64,000 bases of DNA from Phormidesmis sp. (lineage in GTDB: Bacteria; Cyanobacteriota; Cyanobacteriia; Leptolyngbyales; Leptolyngbyaceae), in contig CBDFJR010000002.1 in NCBI GenBank assembly GCA_965248535.1, positions 1,824,001 to 1,888,000 on the forward strand. Reading direction: 5' to 3'. Under the pieces are notes generated by a model. It did no database searches, was not told where the DNA came from, and worked only from the letters and a program-made list of their open reading frames with translations. Both the position numbers and the translations under genes were made by a program. Positions 1 through 10,540 of this stretch are shown one piece after another; the stretch's first letter is position 1; every line of letters begins with the position of its first letter.

Positions 1-420
1 GTGTTTTTCCGATCGTTTCCTTTTATGGGCACCGTTTCTTATAACGCTCAAGCTCGACAGATTTCGTCTGATCAAGCCCGGTTTAACTATGGCGCGCTTT
101 ACGCTGATCCTTTGCCCGTGGGCGGTGCAGGCATTCCGCCGACTCTGTTGATGCAAGATTTACGGCACGATCTGCCGCCCTATTTGCATGAGTTTTATCA
201 GCGATCGCTGCGGGGTGAAGAAGATCTGCGCGTCAGAATTTGCGTCAGCTTTCAAAAGTCGATGTTTTGCGTCACCACGGCGGCGATTTTAGGCTTGATG
301 CCCCATGCCATCGACACGATCGACGCAAGAGAGCAGCAAGCCAATCGCCAGTATCTTGAGGGCTGGATGGATCGATTGATAGATTCCCAGTTGCCCAATC
401 TGCAAGTTTGTGATGTTTAG
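1..420 (+). CDS. cupB: CO2 hydration protein CupB/ChpX, 3' part (truncated at window start)
   Basis: GTVSYNAQA, YGALYADPLPVGGAGIPPTLLMQD and SFQKSMFCVTTAAI resemble the CupB-type paralogue; clearly homologous to CupA at 6077. Confidence 0.8.
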   Translation: MFFRSFPFMGTVSYNAQARQISSDQARFNYGALYADPLPVGGAGIPPTLLMQDLRHDLPPYLHEFYQRSLRGEEDLRVRICVSFQKSMFCVTTAAILGLMPHAIDTIDAREQQANRQYLEGWMDRLIDSQLPNLQVCDV

Positions 421-1982
421 GCGATCAGTTCGGGCACGGCGATCGGGGTGAGTAGTTTCTGCTCCTTCAGACCTTCTAACTGCTGCCGTAGCTGGGTTCT
501 GACCTGGTGGCGATAGCTGAAAAAATGTTCGCCTGCTCCTAAGACAACAAAATAGTCATAGACCAATTTGGGCTTTTGGAGCACGATCGTCACTAGCTGC
601 CGCCAAAATTGCAGGCGCGTCGATCGCACAATGCCCTGCCGCCAGCAGATGGCCGAAAATAACCGCCACTCGATCAAGGTGAGACGGCGATCGCTCTTGC
701 CACGCCAGCCGTTCATCGCCATAAAGTGGCGGAAGGTGCGTTTGAGATAGGGCATCGGTTCATAAATTTCCCAAAAGGCCTCGATGAATTCTTCGGTGAT
801 TTCTTCAACAGGTCGAGTTGGCACAAAATTCATGATCACGCCAGAGTGAAAGGTGCCCGTGCCTCCCATCAGCCTGTTTTCCTGTTCGAGTCGGTTCCAC
901 ATGGCGGTGTTTTGCAAGGCTTGCAGAAGACCAAACTGCGCCTGGGGAATGCCCGCATCTTCAACAAAAGCTTGAATTCGTTGCCCTGCGCCCGGCTGCT
1001 CGTGGTCAAAGCCCATGATGAACCCTGACATAATTTGCAGCCCTCTCTCGGTGATTTGGTGACACGATTCTAAGAGCGATTGGCGCGTGTTTTGCATCTT
1101 GTTGATGCCGATCAAACTCTCAGTGTCAGGCGTTTCGATGCCCATAAAGACGGTTGTAAACCCGGCTTTGACCATCAACTCGACTAACTCTAGATCTTCT
1201 GCCAGATTAAGCGAAGCCTCGGTGATCAAAATAAAGGGATAGTGATGCGACTCCATCCACGGAATCAGCGCTTGAAGAAAGATTTTGGCATTGCGTTTAT
1301 TGCCGATAAAGTTGTCATCGACGACAAACACATAGCGCCGCCACCCCAACTGGTAGAGCACCTCAAACTCAGCTAACATTTGGTCTGGATCTTTGGTGCG
1401 GGGCTTGCGACCGTAGAGATTGATGATGTCGCAAAACTCACATTGAAACGGGCAGCCTCGCGAAAACTGCACCGTGATGGCCAGATAAGCATTGAGATCT
1501 AACAAATCAAATCGCGCGATCGGGGTTTGAGTCACATCAGGTTTTTCAGCCGATCGAAAAATTCCAGATGGCTCGCCTCGCGCCAGTGCGTCTAAAAACT
1601 GCGGAATGGTGTGTTCTCCCTCATCTAAAATTAGATAGTGGGCACCCGCTTCGAGGGCAACACTGGGCACCGAAGTTGGGTAAGGGCCGCCGACCGCAAC
1701 TTTTTTGTTTAACGCCACGCCCCTGCGAATCAGCGCTTGAAAGTCTTGTTTTTGAATCACCATCGCCGAAAGAATGACGAGATCGCACCACTCCCAGTCG
1801 GCATCGGTTTCAAACCGGACGTTGCGATCGACAAACCGAATCTCCCAATCGGTCGGCAACATCGCCGCGATCGTAATCAATCCTAAAGGGGGATTGGTCG
1901 ATCTCAATCCTGCTAAATCTAAGGTTTCTTGATAAGACCAAAACGAGTTAGGCATCAGTGCCCAAAGCAGCAAAGCTTTCAT
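417..1982 (-). CDS. B12-binding domain radical SAM protein (DUF4070-type C-terminus)
   Basis: PPLGLITIAA N-terminus, RGCPFQCEFC CxxxCxxC motif, VDDNFIGN. Confidence 0.88.
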   Translation of the reverse strand: MKALLLWALMPNSFWSYQETLDLAGLRSTNPPLGLITIAAMLPTDWEIRFVDRNVRFETDADWEWCDLVILSAMVIQKQDFQALIRRGVALNKKVAVGGPYPTSVPSVALEAGAHYLILDEGEHTIPQFLDALARGEPSGIFRSAEKPDVTQTPIARFDLLDLNAYLAITVQFSRGCPFQCEFCDIINLYGRKPRTKDPDQMLAEFEVLYQLGWRRYVFVVDDNFIGNKRNAKIFLQALIPWMESHHYPFILITEASLNLAEDLELVELMVKAGFTTVFMGIETPDTESLIGINKMQNTRQSLLESCHQITERGLQIMSGFIMGFDHEQPGAGQRIQAFVEDAGIPQAQFGLLQALQNTAMWNRLEQENRLMGGTGTFHSGVIMNFVPTRPVEEITEEFIEAFWEIYEPMPYLKRTFRHFMAMNGWRGKSDRRLTLIEWRLFSAICWRQGIVRSTRLQFWRQLVTIVLQKPKLVYDYFVVLGAGEHFFSYRHQVRTQLRQQLEGLKEQKLLTPIAVPELIA

Positions 1983-2217
1983 CAGACCTCCTATTAATTA
2001 GGGGTAATGTGAGTGAGCAATTCCTAAACCAACCGCGTTTTCTCGTTCCCAAGTGGATATCGGATTATTCTATAGAAACGATTGCTGAACGCCCTATCTT
2101 TTAAGAATTCGTATTACATCAAAGCAGTGTAGAAAATAATACAAGTGCTGCTTTTAGGTATGAATGATTACTCATTAAGTTGTGACACGGATAGGTCTAC
2201 TGAACTGCCAATCCGTC

Positions 2218-2362
2218 ATAGATAATCATCAATATCAATGATTGGCTTTAGCTAAGGATAAAGTCTGCAAATGCTGTGCATTGAAATTTGGGTAGCAATA
2301 CGATCGAGTCTATTCAATCCATCAAAAAAATCAACGGTTGTCATCAATAAAGATGACTCTAT
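2218..2362. promoter_or_regulatory. Three CcmR/NdhR (LysR-type)-like boxes upstream of ndhF3
   Basis: ATAG-N8-CAAT (2218-2233), ATAC-N8-CTAT (2298-2313) and ATAA-N8-CTAT (2347-2362) each differ by one base from the ATAG-N8-CTAT CcmR consensus; ndhF3 operons are known CcmR targets. Confidence 0.6.
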
Positions 2363-2509
2363 TGGACTTAAGAATGTGATAGAAATTATAGTGAATCGCG
2401 AATCTTAAAAAACTCTTATCGCTGCCCTCAATCGCAGTCTTCGCCATCAAAAGGCGAGCGCTTTAGGCGATTCACCAGCCTTTTTCTAGCTTTATACTCC
2501 GAGATAATT

Positions 2510-4405
2510 GTGATGGCTCACCTGCTGCTCCAGTCCGTCTGGTTAATTCCCTGCTATTCACTTTTAGGTGCAGCCCTGTCTGCCCTTTGGTTTCCGGGCA
2601 TCACTCGCCGCACGGGCCCCCGTCCTGCGGGCTATGTCAACGCCATTATGACTTTTCTATCATTTGCCCATGCGGCGATCGCGTTGCCCGCCACCTGGAA
2701 CCAACCTGCTCAACAGATCCTGGTTCCCTGGCTGCACGTCGCGGGGCTAGATTTAACCATCCCGATCGAGATTTCTTCGCTGACGATCGGGGCTATTGTC
2801 GTCGTCACCGGGTTGAATTTGCTGGCGCAAATCTTCGCGATCGGCTACATGGAAGTTGATTGGGGCTGGGGGCGACTCTATTCACTCATGGCAGTGTTTG
2901 AAGCGGGAATGGCCGCTTTGGCTCTTTGCAATTCTCTGTTTTTTAGCTACATCATTCTCGAAATTCTCACCCTGGGCACCTACTTGATTGTGGGCATTTG
3001 GTTTAACCAATCGTTAGTGGTGACCGGGGCGCGAGATGCCTTTCTCACCAAGCGACTGGGCGACCTATTTTTGCTGATGGGCGTGATTGCGCTGCTGCCG
3101 ATCGCCGGAACCTGGAACTTTTCAGAATTGGCAGAATGGGCCAAAACCGCCGACGTTGATCAAGGCATGATCACCCTAATCGGATTAGCATTAATCGCGG
3201 GGCCGATGGGCAAATGCGCTCAGTTTCCCCTGCATCTGTGGCTCGATGAAGCGATGGAAGGGCCAGTTCCTGCTTCGATTTTGCGAAACTCGGTCGTCGT
3301 GGCAACAGGTGCCTGGGTGCTCGTCAAGCTAGAACCCGTGCTGTCTCTGTCGCCCGTGGTGCTGTCTACGATGATGGTGATTGGGTCAATTTCGGCGATC
3401 GGGGGTTCGTTGATTGCTCTAGCTCAAATCGACATCAAACGAGCCTTTTCTTATCTGGTTACCGCTTACATGGGCGTTGTGTTCATCGCCATCAGTGCCC
3501 ACCAAATCGAAGCAGCGTTGCTAATCGTGTTAACTCACGCATTGTCAATGGCGTTAATGATGATGAGTAGTGGGGCCATCGTTTGGAACAACATTACCCA
3601 AGATGTCACGCAGCTAGGCGGTTTGTGGGCGCGTCGTCCGGTGTCAGGCTCGGCGCTGATTGTCGCCACAATTGGACTGATTGCCCTGCCGCCTTTTGGC
3701 AGTTTTTGGTCAATGCTCAAACTTGCAGATGGTCTGCAACAATCTGGGCATCCCTGGCTAGTGGGAGTGCTGCTCATTACAAATGCCCTGACCGGATTTG
3801 GACTGACTCGTGTATTTTGCCTCGTGTTTGGCGGCAAACCTAAGCAGATGTCAGAGCGATCGCCCGAAGTCCATTGGCCGATGGCGCTCCCAATGATCAT
3901 TTTGTCTGCGATGACGCTGCATCTGCCGCTCATCTTGCAAGCCCTATCGCTGCTGCCTGATTGGGCAAGTCTCAATCAAGACATGGCGCTATTGTTAATC
4001 TGGTCAAGCATTTTTGGATGCAGTCTGAGCGCAGTGATCTATCTAGGCAGCTATATTCAAAAGCCTGTGCAGTTTCCGATTAAGGCGCTGCAAGATTTAG
4101 TTGCTTATGACTTTTATACGCCAAAGCTTTATCGCAACAGCATTGTGTTGAGCGTTGCTGCCATTTCTCAACTGACTTCCTGGGTTGATAAATATCTTGT
4201 TGATGGTGTGGTTAATCTGTTTGGACTAGTCACTTTGTTTAGTGGTCAAAGTCTTAAATACAGCACGTCTGGACAATCGCAGTTTTATGCGTTGACGATT
4301 TTAATCGGAGTCACCGTTTTAGGGGTCTTTTTATGCTGGTCTTCACTCTCGCATCTGGTGCTAGTGATGACTGCCAGCCTGTTTCATTCGCAATCTCTAG
4401 GTTAA
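2510..4405 (+). CDS. ndhF3: NDH-1 subunit F3 (high-affinity CO2 uptake)
   Basis: NdhF membrane protein with RRTGPRPAGY and GKCAQFPLHLWLDEAMEGP; in an operon with ndhD and cupA. Confidence 0.9.
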   Translation: MMAHLLLQSVWLIPCYSLLGAALSALWFPGITRRTGPRPAGYVNAIMTFLSFAHAAIALPATWNQPAQQILVPWLHVAGLDLTIPIEISSLTIGAIVVVTGLNLLAQIFAIGYMEVDWGWGRLYSLMAVFEAGMAALALCNSLFFSYIILEILTLGTYLIVGIWFNQSLVVTGARDAFLTKRLGDLFLLMGVIALLPIAGTWNFSELAEWAKTADVDQGMITLIGLALIAGPMGKCAQFPLHLWLDEAMEGPVPASILRNSVVVATGAWVLVKLEPVLSLSPVVLSTMMVIGSISAIGGSLIALAQIDIKRAFSYLVTAYMGVVFIAISAHQIEAALLIVLTHALSMALMMMSSGAIVWNNITQDVTQLGGLWARRPVSGSALIVATIGLIALPPFGSFWSMLKLADGLQQSGHPWLVGVLLITNALTGFGLTRVFCLVFGGKPKQMSERSPEVHWPMALPMIILSAMTLHLPLILQALSLLPDWASLNQDMALLLIWSSIFGCSLSAVIYLGSYIQKPVQFPIKALQDLVAYDFYTPKLYRNSIVLSVAAISQLTSWVDKYLVDGVVNLFGLVTLFSGQSLKYSTSGQSQFYALTILIGVTVLGVFLCWSSLSHLVLVMTASLFHSQSLG

Positions 4406-4420
4406 AGGATCTCAATCACT

Positions 4421-5974
4421 ATGCTGAGTGCATTAATTTGGCTGCCTGCGATCGGGGCTGCATTAATCGGATTTTTTCCAGGTCAGGTTTCGGCGAGTCG
4501 GGCGCGAGGGGTGGCGATCGCGGTCTCTGGCACCCTCTTGCTGTGGACAATCTATCTGCTAACGCAATTTAACCTCTCAACGCCTGGGCTACAGATGTCA
4601 GAATATCTGCCCTGGATTCCGACCTTGGGGCTGAATTATAGTTTGGGTGTTGATGGCTTGTCGTTGCCGTTGATAGCATTAACCAATCTGTTAATTTTTC
4701 TAGTCACTTTTAGTGGCGATCCGCAATCGCCCAAGTCAATTCCTCTCAAGCGTCCGCGATTGTTTTATTCGCTGGTGTTGCTGATTGGTGCTGGCATGGC
4801 AGGTGCGTTATTAGCGCAAAATTTACTGTTGTTCTTCCTATTCTATGAAGTGGAGTTAATTCCGTTTTATTTGCTGATCTCAATCTGGGGCAGCGAGAAA
4901 CGCGATTATGCAGCCATTAAGTTTTTGCTCTACACGGCGGTCTCTGGAATTCTAATTTTGGCGGCGTTCTTAGCGATGAATTGGCTCACGAATGCGTCTA
5001 GTTTTGACTATGACGCGATCGCCACTCAAGGGCTAACTCAACGCACTCAATTAATCTTGCTAACGCTGATGGTTGTTGGGTTTGGCATCAAAATTCCGCT
5101 AGTGCCGCTCCACACTTGGCTACCCGATGCCTATGTCGAAGCCTCGACCCCGACCGCGATTTTGCTCGGCGGCGTGTTAGCTAAGTTAGGCACCTATGGC
5201 TTAGTTAGATTTTGTTTGGGACTGTTCCCGGAAACTTGGGCCCTAGTGACTCCTGGATTGTCGATCGTCGCCGCCTTTAGCGTCATGTATGGCGCACTGG
5301 CCGCAATCGCTCAAAAAGACATCAAACGCATGGTGGCCTATAGCTCGATCGGGCACATGGGTTATGTTTTGTTGGGCACGATCGCGTTAACGCCCTTAGC
5401 CCTGGTGGGCGCGGTTTCTCAGATGGTCAGTCATGGCTTAATTTTGGCACTGCTGTTCTATCTCGTCGGTGTGATCGAGTCAAAGGTTGGCACTCGCGAT
5501 TTAGATGTGCTGAATGGGTTGCTCAATCCGATTCGCGGGTTGCCAACGATTAGCGCACTGCTGATTTTGGCAGGCATGGGCAGTGCCGGAATCCCCGGTA
5601 TGGCTGGCTTTGTTGCAGAATTTTTGGTGTTTCAAGGAAGCTTTGCAGCGTTTCCATTGCCGACGCTGCTGTGTGTCGCCGGAACAGGATTAACGGCTGT
5701 CTATTTTGTGATTTTGCTCAACCGAACTTGTTTTGGCAAGCTCGACAGCAAGACGGCCTACTATCCCAAAGTTACCTGGTTAGAACAACTTCCGGCGCTG
5801 GCGCTGACGGGTCTGCTCATCTGGCTCGGAGTCCAACCCACTTGGCTCGTGCGCTGGAGTGAATCGACCACCACCGCTTTAGTAGCAGCGACTCCGGTTT
5901 ATGAGTCTCGACAATTGGCGATGAACCCGATCGTGCTCCCCCCTCAGGCATCTCCTCCGGTCATTGGCGAATAA
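4421..5974 (+). CDS. ndhD3: NDH-1 subunit D3
   Basis: NuoM family: KIPLVPLHTWLPDAY, KRMVAYSSIGHMG, LNRTCFGKLD. Confidence 0.9.
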   Translation: MLSALIWLPAIGAALIGFFPGQVSASRARGVAIAVSGTLLLWTIYLLTQFNLSTPGLQMSEYLPWIPTLGLNYSLGVDGLSLPLIALTNLLIFLVTFSGDPQSPKSIPLKRPRLFYSLVLLIGAGMAGALLAQNLLLFFLFYEVELIPFYLLISIWGSEKRDYAAIKFLLYTAVSGILILAAFLAMNWLTNASSFDYDAIATQGLTQRTQLILLTLMVVGFGIKIPLVPLHTWLPDAYVEASTPTAILLGGVLAKLGTYGLVRFCLGLFPETWALVTPGLSIVAAFSVMYGALAAIAQKDIKRMVAYSSIGHMGYVLLGTIALTPLALVGAVSQMVSHGLILALLFYLVGVIESKVGTRDLDVLNGLLNPIRGLPTISALLILAGMGSAGIPGMAGFVAEFLVFQGSFAAFPLPTLLCVAGTGLTAVYFVILLNRTCFGKLDSKTAYYPKVTWLEQLPALALTGLLIWLGVQPTWLVRWSESTTTALVAATPVYESRQLAMNPIVLPPQASPPVIGE

Positions 5975-6017
5975 TCTCAATTTCAAATTCATTAGCGACG
6001 ATTCAACCATTGCCGGA

Positions 6018-6041
6018 GGACACGACACGTCGTGTCCCTAC
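6018..6041. repeat. REP-like palindrome (family A)
   Basis: GGACACGAC-AC-GTCGTGTCC-CTAC; hairpin ending in CTAC (GTAG on the - strand). Confidence 0.6.
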
Positions 6042-6076
6042 GGTGGAAAATTTTATAACTTTGGGAAAAAAATCCT

Positions 6077-7378
6077 ATGAATATGACCGCAACTCGCACC
6101 CAATTGCCGCCTTCACAACACCCGTTAGCTGACATTATTCATCGTCTCGAAGCTGGGGGAGCGATGCTGCCCGACACACCCGAAAACTTGATGCAAATCA
6201 TCGGGTTGTATAAGGCTTATGCCGTCCCGATGGATTTTTATTGGCGAGATTTGCTCTATATCGGTGAGCAGGTGTTCTTAAATCCGTTCCCATTCTTCAA
6301 ATATTTTATCTCAGAGGAATATCTCGATCGCCCCAATCATTACGCCGGAGACGACGCAGATCTGCGAATCTGGCGCGGACAAGCCGATGCCCACCCCGAG
6401 CTGCGAGAATTTATGGCCAAAGGGGAACTGAAGATGACGCTGCCCCGATTGGCCCATCACCTCTGGCACGATCGCATCAACATGGAGTTTGCTGAAGAAT
6501 GTATGCGATCGATGCTCTGGCATCGCGGGATGTATGTCCCGGTGAATCAGTTCGATCCATTTTTGGATAGCGATGAATATAAAGCGAACGCCGATCGCGC
6601 CATCAAAGCCTACTTTCAGGGCAATCCGGCCATGCTGGCACTCCACAAAGCCTTCCCGGAGTTGTTTTTAGAGCAGTGCCGTCAGTCATCTTATTACGCC
6701 AATTTAGGTCTGTTTTGGGAAGTGATGGCTCCGGTGTTTTTTGAAATGTCCGATTTATACGACGAAGGCAAAATGACCAGCGTGCCTCAAGCAATGGACT
6801 TTTTGGTGAATGGAATCTTCGCGATCGCCGGGCGACCCATCTACCACAACGTCTATATCCGAGGTGAATGCTACGAAATCATTCCCAAATCTAAAGGCTT
6901 TACCTGGCTCTATGAAGCGGCATTGCCCTATGTCGAAGCCGTGTTTTATCGCACGTCTCCCTTTCGAGGCACCAAGTCTTACAACGCTCAAGCGGGACAG
7001 GTTCCTGCCGCTCAAAAAGACTTTCACTATGGCGTGTTGTATGCTGACAAATTCCCCGTCGGCACGGCTGGCATTCCACCAACGCTGTTAGCGCAAGATA
7101 TGCTGCACTTCTTGCCTCAATATCTTGTGGATTATTATCAACAACACTGTCGAGGTGAAGACGATATGCTGATCCAATTGGCAATCAGCTTCCAGCGATC
7201 GATGTATTGCGTTACGTCTGCTGTGATTCAAGCGCTGCGCTGTGCGTTGCTCTACCCGTTAGATGATCCAAATCCAAATCATTTAAAAGCCAATCGCGCC
7301 TTTTTTGAGTCTCAACTCGATCGATTCTTGCGTCCAGAAGCCCGGATTCTAGATATTCAGACCCCAGATTATCGCTAG
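6077..7378 (+). CDS. cupA: CO2 hydration protein CupA/ChpY
   Basis: IIHRLEAGGAMLPDTPENLMQIIG, WHDRINMEFAE, GTKSYNAQA; follows ndhF3-ndhD3. Confidence 0.92.
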   Translation: MNMTATRTQLPPSQHPLADIIHRLEAGGAMLPDTPENLMQIIGLYKAYAVPMDFYWRDLLYIGEQVFLNPFPFFKYFISEEYLDRPNHYAGDDADLRIWRGQADAHPELREFMAKGELKMTLPRLAHHLWHDRINMEFAEECMRSMLWHRGMYVPVNQFDPFLDSDEYKANADRAIKAYFQGNPAMLALHKAFPELFLEQCRQSSYYANLGLFWEVMAPVFFEMSDLYDEGKMTSVPQAMDFLVNGIFAIAGRPIYHNVYIRGECYEIIPKSKGFTWLYEAALPYVEAVFYRTSPFRGTKSYNAQAGQVPAAQKDFHYGVLYADKFPVGTAGIPPTLLAQDMLHFLPQYLVDYYQQHCRGEDDMLIQLAISFQRSMYCVTSAVIQALRCALLYPLDDPNPNHLKANRAFFESQLDRFLRPEARILDIQTPDYR

Positions 7379-7387
7379 GGTTCAACC

Positions 7388-7419
7388 AGATCTCCGACTT
7401 CTTAGAGAGTCGCAGATCT
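7388..7419. repeat. Palindromic repeat (family B), probable bidirectional terminator
   Basis: AGATCTCCGACTTCT-TAG-AGAGTCGCAGATCT between convergent cupA and murQ; near-identical copy at 25945-25976. Confidence 0.65.
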
Positions 7420-8336
7420 CAGTGTTCACCTACTTGTGAAGCAGCTTGCCGCAGGTTTCCTTGATGGTTGGCTAACAAGCGATCGCTCTCTGCTTTCTCT
7501 AACCCCGTCCAGTGCATCAACAGCGCTAGTTTCACAGATCGTCCACTGCGTTCTAACAACTCTCCAGCCTCTTCTCGGCCCAACTCGGTCAGGTCTTGCA
7601 AAATGCCAATCGCCCGATCGTGCAGTTTTTGATTGGTCACTGCCACATCGATCATGCGGTTGCCATAAACTTTGCCAAGCTTGACCATGACGCTAGTTGA
7701 GAGAATATTCAGCGCCAGTTTGGTGACAGTTCCCGCTTTGAGGCGAGTCGAACCCGCCACCACCTCTGGCCCGACTAGCAAGCGAATGTTGATATCGACC
7801 TCAGCACTCACCTGCTCGATCGGAACGCAAGCCATAAAAATTGTGGTTGCGCCTCGCTGTCGGGCAGCTTTGAGCGCTCCATGAACGTAGGGCGTGGTGC
7901 CCCCAGCGGCAATGCCCACCACCACATCTAGCGAGGTGATCTGATGCTCGGCGATCGCGGCGGCTCCATCATCTGCCCGGTCTTCTAAGCCTTCAGAGCT
8001 TCGCACTAGGGCCGCTGCACCTCCGGCGATGATGCCTTGCACTAGGTCAGGAGGCGTGCAAAACGTGGGCGGACACTCTGCGGCATCCAAAACACCCAAC
8101 CGTCCGCTGGTGCCAGCCCCGACATAAAACAGCCGTCCGCCCTGGCGTAGAGAGATCGCAGTGCGATCGATCGCCTCTGCCAGCGATAATTTAGCCTCAG
8201 CGATCGCGGTGATCGTTTTGGCATCTTCGCGGTTAAATAACTCAACTAGCTCGATCGCCGACAGTTGATCGAGATTCAAGCTATCGGCATTGACCTGCTC
8301 AGTGAGCAAGTGACCCCGTGTTTTAAATGGTTGCAT
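7419..8336 (-). CDS. murQ: N-acetylmuramic acid 6-phosphate etherase
   Basis: GAGTSGRLGVLDAAECPPTF, GPEVVAGSTRLKAGTVTK, KLGKVYGNRMID. Confidence 0.95.
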   Translation of the reverse strand: MQPFKTRGHLLTEQVNADSLNLDQLSAIELVELFNREDAKTITAIAEAKLSLAEAIDRTAISLRQGGRLFYVGAGTSGRLGVLDAAECPPTFCTPPDLVQGIIAGGAAALVRSSEGLEDRADDGAAAIAEHQITSLDVVVGIAAGGTTPYVHGALKAARQRGATTIFMACVPIEQVSAEVDINIRLLVGPEVVAGSTRLKAGTVTKLALNILSTSVMVKLGKVYGNRMIDVAVTNQKLHDRAIGILQDLTELGREEAGELLERSGRSVKLALLMHWTGLEKAESDRLLANHQGNLRQAASQVGEH

Positions 8337-8359
8337 GGAGAATTAACGTAATGAGGTGA

Positions 8360-8758
8360 TTAGAGCAGCCCTTCTAGCTTGCGACGCATTCGCTCGATTT
8401 CGGGGTCGGGTGACTCGATCGCTTCGATCTCAGGCTCACCTTCCGGCTTCCAGTCGGTGGAGTCAATGTTTTTTTCGGGCGGAGAAAGCAACACCCGATC
8501 GAATTCATCTTGAGGCACAAAACCCTGAGGAATCAGCTTGCACTCATAGCCCGACCCATTGCAAAACTCTTCAACTTCATCTTGGTCGATCGCTTCGACT
8601 GCGGGTTCTGGAAAGTCTTGCGCCTCAAGCAGGAGGGCATATCGAGTGGCATCATCTTCTTCAGCAAACATCAAGACCACGTTGCGATCGCCAATGCTAA
8701 TGGTGTGAATTCCCTCGTTTTCAGTTCGGGCATTAAACAGGAGAACGAAAACTCGCAT
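8360..8758 (-). CDS. DUF3110 family cyanobacterial protein
   Basis: VLLFNARTENEGIHT...VLMFAEEDDATRYALLLEAQDF; typical neighbour of murQ. Confidence 0.8.
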   Translation of the reverse strand: MRVFVLLFNARTENEGIHTISIGDRNVVLMFAEEDDATRYALLLEAQDFPEPAVEAIDQDEVEEFCNGSGYECKLIPQGFVPQDEFDRVLLSPPEKNIDSTDWKPEGEPEIEAIESPDPEIERMRRKLEGLL

Positions 8759-9026
8759 GGTTAGAACAGGGGAGGTGAATTGTTTTCCATCAGGTTACCA
8801 AGAAATTGAGTCTAAAGCTCCCTCCTGGTTAGACGGCTTTTCTCTTGACGGGCAAATGAACTCTCAAATCACAGTAAATTTTTAATATTGCGGTCAGGGG
8901 TGGGAGATACGATCGCAAGCTAACACTACAAAAATGAGACTATACACAAGGAGAAAACCAGATGACAGCGAGCAAGAACCCTACCTGATTTACGCCCAAA
9001 TAATGTTTGGAAATCGAGCGCATTAA

Positions 9027-9115
9027 GATTGTTCGGAACTGAATCCGATTGAAACTCAGTGGCATCAATTGAAGAGTCAGGAGATTGCAGGACAATGAGT
9101 ACGATCTAGCAATAG
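9027..9115 (+). pseudogene. IS630-family transposase C-terminal remnant
   Basis: Translates to DCSELNPIETQWHQLKSQEIAGQ, then after a frameshift DNEYDLAI; resembles the IS630 S-x-LNPIExxW motif region. Confidence 0.7.
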
Positions 9116-9420
9116 TTAGCAATAGCTGTCCCGGCTGGGATGAACGGAAAGATACCGGGAAAAAATCAGCAGATCTATCTACCTGAAACTAAGCAAACCT
9201 TGTTTGAATATCTTCTGGAGCGGGGAACAATACTAGGTCGGCGCACCATTCCTGCTCCACTTCGAGGTCTGCTCTAGCACACTCGTGAAGAATCTGGTCT
9301 GGTCGCAAAAACAAGAGTCTTTGAGTATATGGAGTATGTAAAAAATTACTAGGGTAAGGGTTCACAATAAACACCCAAACGCTAGCACTACTGCCCTAAC
9401 GCTCTTGCCAGATAACTATT

Positions 9421-9468
9421 AAAAAAGTGCCCAGAAAGTCTTTGAAATTAAGACTGACAGGCACTTTT
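9421..9468 (-). terminator. Probable terminator downstream of tRNA-Gly
   Basis: AAAAGTGCC...GGCACTTTT inverted repeat with inner AGTCTT/AAGACT arms. Confidence 0.6.
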
Positions 9469-9475
9469 ATCAGAA

Positions 9476-9547
9476 AGCGGGTGACGCGATTCGAACGCGC
9501 GACATTCACCTTGGCAAGGTGACGCTCTACCACTGAGCCACACCCGC
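9476..9547 (-). tRNA. tRNA-Gly (GCC)
   Basis: Reverse complement GCGGGTGTGGCTCAGTGGTAGAGCGTCACCTTGCCAAGGTGAATGTCGCGCGTTCGAATCGCGTCACCCGCT folds as a cloverleaf; no encoded CCA. Confidence 0.96.
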
Positions 9548-9721
9548 ATTTAGTGCACTTCTTAATTTCGCAGATTGCTCTAAGTTTGTCAACCCCTTTT
9601 GACGATCGCCAAAAAGTTCGCCTGTCGATCTCAGTCGATCGTCCTTCACAGATCGATTCGCTCTCTTTAAGTGACCGAGGTCGATACAATAGGGACAACC
9701 CTTTGGACAGAAGCCTGACTC

Positions 9722-10540
9722 ATGACTGCTCCTTCGGAACTTGAAACGGCGACTCAACCCGATATCCCTCAAGCTGCTGCCCTCACCCATGAGGTGAGTC
9801 AAGCTGCTTTAGACCCTGAAAAAGATGAAGATGACATCATTGATGATGTAGAAATGTCGCTCTTTGATCACCTCGAAGAGTTGCGGCAGCGAATTTTTTA
9901 TTCGTTGATTGCGATCGCTATCTCAGTCGCAAGCTGCTTTGCCTTTGTGAAACCGATCGTGCAGTTGCTAGAAGTGCCCGCACAGGGGGTGAAGTTTCTT
10001 CAGCTTGCGCCGGGAGAATACTTCTTCGTCTCGATCAAAGTGGCGGGCTATATGGGCTTGCTGCTGTCGGCTCCGTTTTTGCTTTACCAAATTATCGCCT
10101 TTGTGATTCCGGGGTTAACGCGGCGAGAAAAGCGGTTTTTGGCTCCGATCGTGCTCGGCTCTAGCGTCTTATTTGTTGGCGGTTTGTGGTTTTCCTATAG
10201 CGCTCTGATCCCGGCGGCGCTGAATTTTTTCATTACCTACGGGCAAGACGTAGTGGAGCAGGCTTGGTCTATCGATCGCTATTTTGAGTTTGTCTTGCTG
10301 CTCATGTTTAGCACTGGGCTAGCGTTTCAGATTCCTGTCGTGCAGGCGCTTCTGGGCTTTTTGGGGATTGTCTCGTCTCAGACGATGCTAGCAGGGTGGA
10401 AATATGTGCTGCTAGGGGCAGCGGTCTTGGGGGCTGTGATCACGCCTTCTACTGACCCGCTCACCCAGTGTCTGCTGGGAGGAGCCGTTCTCGCCCTCTA
10501 TTTTGGCGGTGTTGGCATCGTGAAGCTGTTGGGTAAATAG
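9722..10540 (+). CDS. tatC: Twin-arginine translocase subunit TatC
   Basis: [33 protein letters not shown]. Confidence 0.95.
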   Translation: MTAPSELETATQPDIPQAAALTHEVSQAALDPEKDEDDIIDDVEMSLFDHLEELRQRIFYSLIAIAISVASCFAFVKPIVQLLEVPAQGVKFLQLAPGEYFFVSIKVAGYMGLLLSAPFLLYQIIAFVIPGLTRREKRFLAPIVLGSSVLFVGGLWFSYSALIPAALNFFITYGQDVVEQAWSIDRYFEFVLLLMFSTGLAFQIPVVQALLGFLGIVSSQTMLAGWKYVLLGAAVLGAVITPSTDPLTQCLLGGAVLALYFGGVGIVKLLGK

